A stretch of 64,000 nucleotides of DNA, taken from positions 32,001-96,000 of IMG/VR virus record IMGVR_UViG_3300037067_027643; one strand, written 5' to 3'. The notes beneath the pieces were generated by a model. The model had not been told where the DNA came from and searched no databases. It saw only the letters and a list, made by a program, of their open reading frames with translations. A program made the position numbers and the translations under genes. Shown piece after piece: positions 60,085 through 64,000 of the stretch. Positions within the stretch are counted from its first letter, which is position 1, and each line of letters starts with the position of its first letter. This stretch comes from a virus (taxonomy: Duplodnaviria; Caudoviricetes).

Positions 60085-60213
60085 TATAAATAGTTAAAAA
60101 TAAATTAAAAATTTTCAATTTCAAATTATTTTACAAAATTAAGTAAATTTTTTCACTCTACCAAATTTATTTTTAATTATTTTAATATACAACATTATTT
60201 TCAAATAAACAAA
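60085..60213 (-). promoter_or_regulatory. three stacked promoter motifs upstream of leader 1
   Basis: TTTG-N20-TATATTAA (60182-60213), TTTG-N20-TAATTTTG (60134-60165), ACTATTTATA (about 60085-60094). Confidence 0.65.
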
Positions 60214-60232
60214 TAAAATTTAATTGTAATAT

Positions 60233-60997
60233 TTATTTATCCCAAATATTATTAAATTTTGAATAATCAATATCTTCGTATGGATATTTATCATTAAAAT
60301 ATTCCAATTTTACTATATCAAATGTATTTAATAATTTTTTATCATCTATCAATAAAATTTTTATATTTGTTTCATGAATACATTTCCACATTTTACATTT
60401 ATCATTTTCACTCATCCAACCTTTTACTTCAATATATACATCAAAATCAGGCAAATAAAAATCTGGCGTATAAGAACGAGATTTATCAAATTTGACTCTT
60501 ATTCTATCCCAATTTATTTTTAATTCATTTAATCGTTCCGCTACTGTTTTTTCCCATTTTCCTTGAACATTAATTATTTTATATCCATTATATATCGAAT
60601 ACCACAATATATTATTTCCTTTATTTTCTTCTAAAAATTTTATCCTATGTTCTGACATTTTCTTTCTTGATTCAATTGTATGGTTTTTATTATTCCAATA
60701 TGGTATTATTTCGCCATTTTCAAATTTCTGTTTAAGATTAATACTAGTATTTTTAAGTCTATCATCATTTTCTTTTGTTAATCCCTTATTCCATTTCATA
60801 TTTTCTTTTGATTCTTCGGGAAAGTCTAAAAATTTTTCTTTACCCGATTTTATTTTTCCAGAACTATATGATTTTTTTAAACCATTACTATTTTTTAACC
60901 TATTTGCTGGACATTGATTAAAATGCTCTGAACAACAATATTTACCATTTTTTAATTGATATTTTCCTTCTTGACCGCAATTATAAGCACACAACAT
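60233..60997 (-). CDS. homing endonuclease (Zn motif, NUMOD3-like, PD-(D/E)XK) between the tRNA arrays
   Basis: CAYNCG..CCS..CP; KNHTIESRKKMS; YTPDFYLP...IEVKGW. Confidence 0.8.
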   Translation of the reverse strand: MLCAYNCGQEGKYQLKNGKYCCSEHFNQCPANRLKNSNGLKKSYSSGKIKSGKEKFLDFPEESKENMKWNKGLTKENDDRLKNTSINLKQKFENGEIIPYWNNKNHTIESRKKMSEHRIKFLEENKGNNILWYSIYNGYKIINVQGKWEKTVAERLNELKINWDRIRVKFDKSRSYTPDFYLPDFDVYIEVKGWMSENDKCKMWKCIHETNIKILLIDDKKLLNTFDIVKLEYFNDKYPYEDIDYSKFNNIWDK

Positions 60998-61046
60998 AAT
61001 TTTTACTATTTGTTTACTTATAAATAGTAAAAATTATTATTTTTCG

Positions 61047-61120
61047 TATCCACAGAAGGAGTCGAACCCTCAACCATTGGGGTAGAATCCCAATATTCTA
61101 TCCAGTTGAACTATGTGGAC
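61047..61120 (-). tRNA. tRNA-Arg(TCT)
   Basis: TTGGG-ATTCTAC-CCCAA. Confidence 0.85.
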
Positions 61121-61127
61121 ATTTTGG

Positions 61128-61201
61128 GGTGGCACTCGAGGATTGAACTCAAATCAACAGATTCACAGTCTGCCCGCTTAACCATTTAGCGTAATGTCAC
61201 C
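61128..61201 (-). tRNA. tRNA-His(GTG)
   Basis: GCAGA-CTGTGAA-TCTGT; G-1:C73. Confidence 0.88.
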
Positions 61202-61237
61202 ATTTAAAAATTATATTCAAAGAACTATTGTTATCTG

Positions 61238-61314
61238 TCTAGGCGGTGCGATTCGAACGCACGTTATGTCGTGTTTCCAAAACACGCTAGTTTAGCCATC
61301 TGCTGTACGCCTAG
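61238..61314 (-). tRNA. tRNA-Pro(TGG)
   Basis: CGTGT-TTTGGAA-ACACG; C1:G72, A73. Confidence 0.85.
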
Positions 61315-61320
61315 TTATTG

Positions 61321-61406
61321 CGGAAAAATAAGGATTCGAACCTTAGGGACTGTTACATCCACGTCATTAGCAGTGACGCACAATAGACCAACTCTGTCAT
61401 TTTTCC
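61321..61406 (-). tRNA. tRNA-Ser(GCT)
   Basis: CGTCA-CTGCTAA-TGACG; long variable arm; G73. Confidence 0.9.
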
Positions 61407-61413
61407 ATTATAG

Positions 61414-61487
61414 CAGCCAAAACTGGGCTCGAACCAATACTCCGACAGTCAAAGTGTCGTATGCTTTACCGATTACATTATTTGGCT
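61414..61487 (-). tRNA. tRNA-Gln(TTG)
   Basis: CGACA-CTTTGAC-TGTCG. Confidence 0.88.
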
Positions 61488-61494
61488 ATAAAAG

Positions 61495-61581
61495 CGGAAG
61501 GTTAGGGACTCAAACCCCAGATACGGTATTAGCGTATTACTAATTTTCAAGATTAGCTCTTCGTTCAGCCAGACACCTTCC
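61495..61581 (-). tRNA. tRNA-Ser(TGA)
   Basis: CTAAT-CTTGAAA-ATTAG; long variable arm; G73. Confidence 0.82.
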
Positions 61582-61626
61582 ATTTATTATTTACAATACA
61601 TTATTTTCAAAGAACTTATATTCAAT

Positions 61627-61662
61627 AAAAAACCCTATTTACTTTTGATTTAAACAGGGGTT
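61627..61662 (-). terminator. attenuator terminator upstream of tRNA array 2
   Basis: CCCTGTTTA/TAAATAGGG stem followed by T6. Confidence 0.78.
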
Positions 61663-61688
61663 GTAATGTTTTTATATATTATACTATA

Positions 61689-61808
61689 TCATCTATAAAT
61701 ATCACAATACACCTGTTCCCATTGACTATGTCTTGGTTGTAAGCACGATGGTCTACTATTAATTGAGGGTTGATGTTGATGATTATATGTAACGATATTT
61801 ATTTTCAT
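61689..61808 (-). CDS. candidate attenuation leader peptide 2 (39 aa)
   Basis: Not in ORF track. MKINIVTYNHQHQPSINSRPSCLQPRHSQWEQVYCDIYR. Confidence 0.78.
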   Translation of the reverse strand: MKINIVTYNHQHQPSINSRPSCLQPRHSQWEQVYCDIYR

Positions 61809-61835
61809 TATTTTTGTTTTATTCTTTTAATTTTA

Positions 61836-61848
61836 TATAAATAGTAAA
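61836..61848 (-). promoter_or_regulatory. TTTTACTATTTATA putative late promoter (copies or near-copies at about 11905, 31337, 36301, 58583, 60085, 61019 on minus; 38203, 41059, 49782 on plus)
   Basis: Recurs in intergenic DNA, oriented with the downstream gene on either strand. Confidence 0.65.
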
Positions 61849-61870
61849 AAAATTTTAAAAAGTTATTTTG

Positions 61871-62975
61871 TTAATATTTAAGATATTCTCCATCATTTTC
61901 TTTTCCTGTTCCTAAGTATTCTTTAAATCCAGTAATAATTGACATTGCTCGATCCATACAAGGTTTTATTTTTTCATCTTCTCCCCATTTTTCAATTTTA
62001 TATTGTAATGGTTTATAATTTCTTAAAGAAATATCTGATTTTGTAATTAATCCATAGTTATTAGATTCTGTTTTAACTATTGTAAAAGAAACAAATGGAA
62101 TTGATTCTACTCTACCAATTATATGTTCATTCTTATTATTTAAAATAGATAAATCTTGTTCTTTATCTTCAATATTAACTAAACCAGTATATATTTCTCC
62201 TTCTACAATACTATATCTATCTTCTAAAGATTTATATTCGGTTTTATATTTTGTCCAGTTAATTGTTATCATAGTTTCGATTTATTCTACAAAATTAAGT
62301 AAATTATTTCAATCTACCAAATTTATTTTTGATTATTTTAAATGACAAGTACAAGTTCCTATTTCTATTCCATTATCATCATACAATATACCTCTATCAT
62401 GACATTGAAAACAATTTTCTTCTTTTTTGACTTCTTGTTCTATCTCATCAATTACACTATATATCTCACCGACCCATGTTCTTACTGGGTCGTTTAAATA
62501 ACCACCACTTACATCATCGTCAATAAGGCATTCATATTCTATATTCTTTGCTACATCAGCTAATCTTTTTATTTGTTCTTTGGTTATATTCATATTATTT
62601 ATCTTAAAAAATACCACACCACCGTTTGTTGTTTGTTAAACTAAAAATATAAAAATCAAATTATTATGAAAAAAATGATGTTTGGTGGTGTGATATATGT
62701 TTTTATTTTATTTATTTATAAATTTCGTTTAATTCAAATTTATCTCCATGACAACAACTAAATCCATCGTCTAAATCATCCATTTCACAAAATTTTATAT
62801 TATCTTTTAATCTCCATTTACAATAATCACATGTAAATTCGTGACTTGATAAGTTTATACAATATTTAGATTTTATTGGATTACAAAAACCATCTTTACT
62901 AATACAATTATCACATGATTTTTCTATTGACATATATTTTATTTTTAATATACAAAATCTTTTATTGATTTCCAA
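61871..62975 (-). CDS. three hypothetical genes (61871-62272, 62333-62617, 62712-62975 Cys-rich)
   Basis: ORF track; true starts of the last two are probably internal Mets. Confidence 0.6.
62290..62321 (-). promoter_or_regulatory. Bacteroidota primary-sigma-type promoter
   Basis: TTTG-N20-TAATTTTG. Confidence 0.75.
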
Positions 62976-62976
62976 A
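62945..62976 (-). promoter_or_regulatory. TTTTGTATATTAAAA promoter variant (also at about 1832, 6636, 8890, 16130, 19445, 24175, 32562, 38240 on minus; 46015 on plus)
   Basis: TTTG-N20-TATATTAA here and at 8890-8921; motif sits directly upstream of gene starts. Confidence 0.65.
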
Positions 62977-62983
62977 TTTATTT

Positions 62984-63989
62984 CTATCTTTCTATAACTA
63001 CATATCCATTTACAATCTTTGGATTCTCATCTTTTAAAATCTTCATGATCTTATTAATATCATATCCATTTACTGGTTGTACAACTATTTTATTAATACC
63101 ATACATTTTTATATGTCTTATATCATAATCACCTACAGGAATGGTTTTAAAATCAACTCGTTTATATCCAGACTTCTTTAACCCAGCTTTAATTAATCGT
63201 TTAGATATCTGTTGAACAGAGAGTTGAGAAGTGACTTCTTTGAGAATGGTTTGTTTGTATATATCTTTTAGTTTCATTATTTTATTTACTTCTATAAATG
63301 TAAATCAATCATTTTTAATTTTTTATCTTTAATCATAAAATGTCCGAAATTTTTACCTTTATAATATTTACTCATTGACTCATAACTATATATTGGATAT
63401 TTATTTTCATACATTAAATCGGTAGCTACTATTTTAACTTTAGCTATTTTAGGTAACATCACATCTATATACCTTTCTAATTGTACAGATAGTTTATTTG
63501 GAAAAATTTCAATATGATAATCATTATTAAAAAATCTATAAGTTTTATCTTTTACTTTTATAGTATTTAAAAAGAATTGAATCATATCTGTGTAATATTG
63601 CTTATCAACATCTAATTTAGTTACATTATTTTGTAATTCGTTTAATAATGTTTTTAGTTTCATCATTTTATTTTTCCTTTTAAATATGGGTTAAATGATA
63701 TTTCATTTTGAATAAATTCTTTCCGTATAATAGATTTATTTTTATAATTCCGAATAAAATTATCAAATTTACTTTTATTAAAACTCGATTCTAATGCAGT
63801 TCTTGATTTATAATCTATAAATTTTTCTATATCATCGTTTACATCTTCAACATCTAAATTTTTAAATTCGTGTTTTAAATATTTTTCTGCAATTTCACTC
63901 GCTATATAAATCATATCATCTATCTGTTCTTGTGTATAATTAGTATTACCGCTTTCATTAATACTATTATAAATATCTTTTAGTTTCAT
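62984..63989 (-). CDS. three small genes sharing an MKLK...(L/I)(N/K)E N-terminus (62984-63277, 63292-63666, 63663-63989)
   Basis: MKLKDIYKQTILKE, MMKLKTLLNE, MKLKDIYNSINE. Confidence 0.7.
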
Positions 63990-64000
63990 ATCTTAATTCC

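Noticed and set aside
59522-60097. 191-aa plus-strand ORF, and 61271-61543
   Set aside because: Antisense to tRNA genes and the attenuator; no plausible protein features
62666-62761. Plus-strand ORF MKKMMFGGVIYVF...
   Set aside because: 31 aa, opposite to all neighbours, overlaps a minus-strand gene, and has no promoter motif
1-64000. CRISPR array
   Set aside because: No regularly spaced identical repeats seen; the repeats found are coding or promoter motifs
1-64000. Genome-wide stop codon reassignment
   Set aside because: Long genes are intact in the standard code, TAG and TGA end normal genes, and no CTA, TTA or TCA anticodon tRNA is present; two of the three TGA anomalies need frame changes, not read-through

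Overview
A 64-kb, very AT-rich segment of a large tailed (contractile-tail type) phage genome. Its promoters match the Bacteroidota TTTG-N20-TAnnTTTG consensus, which points to a Bacteroidota host. Left to right it holds: a truncated TnpB-like ORF; a 7-deazaguanine DNA-modification cluster (two queE, dpdA-like transglycosylase, glycosyltransferase, dpdL-like T-fold protein, folE, queD; no queC seen); a class II RNR fractured by an atypical split intein around a homing endonuclease; replication and recombination genes (MTase, dUTPase, DnaB-like helicase, 5'-3' exonuclease, RecA, SSB, PolA-like, Dda, fused Mre11-Rad50); tail and baseplate genes; many small hypothetical genes; RtcB; UvsE; and 22 tRNA genes in two arrays. 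The main discovery is that each tRNA array sits behind a short unannotated leader ORF and a terminator/antiterminator pair. Each leader's codon content mirrors the tRNAs of its own array, down to the Arg isoacceptor. This looks like ribosome-mediated attenuation that turns on phage tRNA synthesis when those codons stall. Other highlights: a 7-nt stop-containing insertion behind a long hairpin in the exonuclease active-site motif, a split intein ending in Asp, and a Trp-anticodon tRNA with a long variable arm. All calls come from reading the sequence by eye; no searches or folding programs were run.
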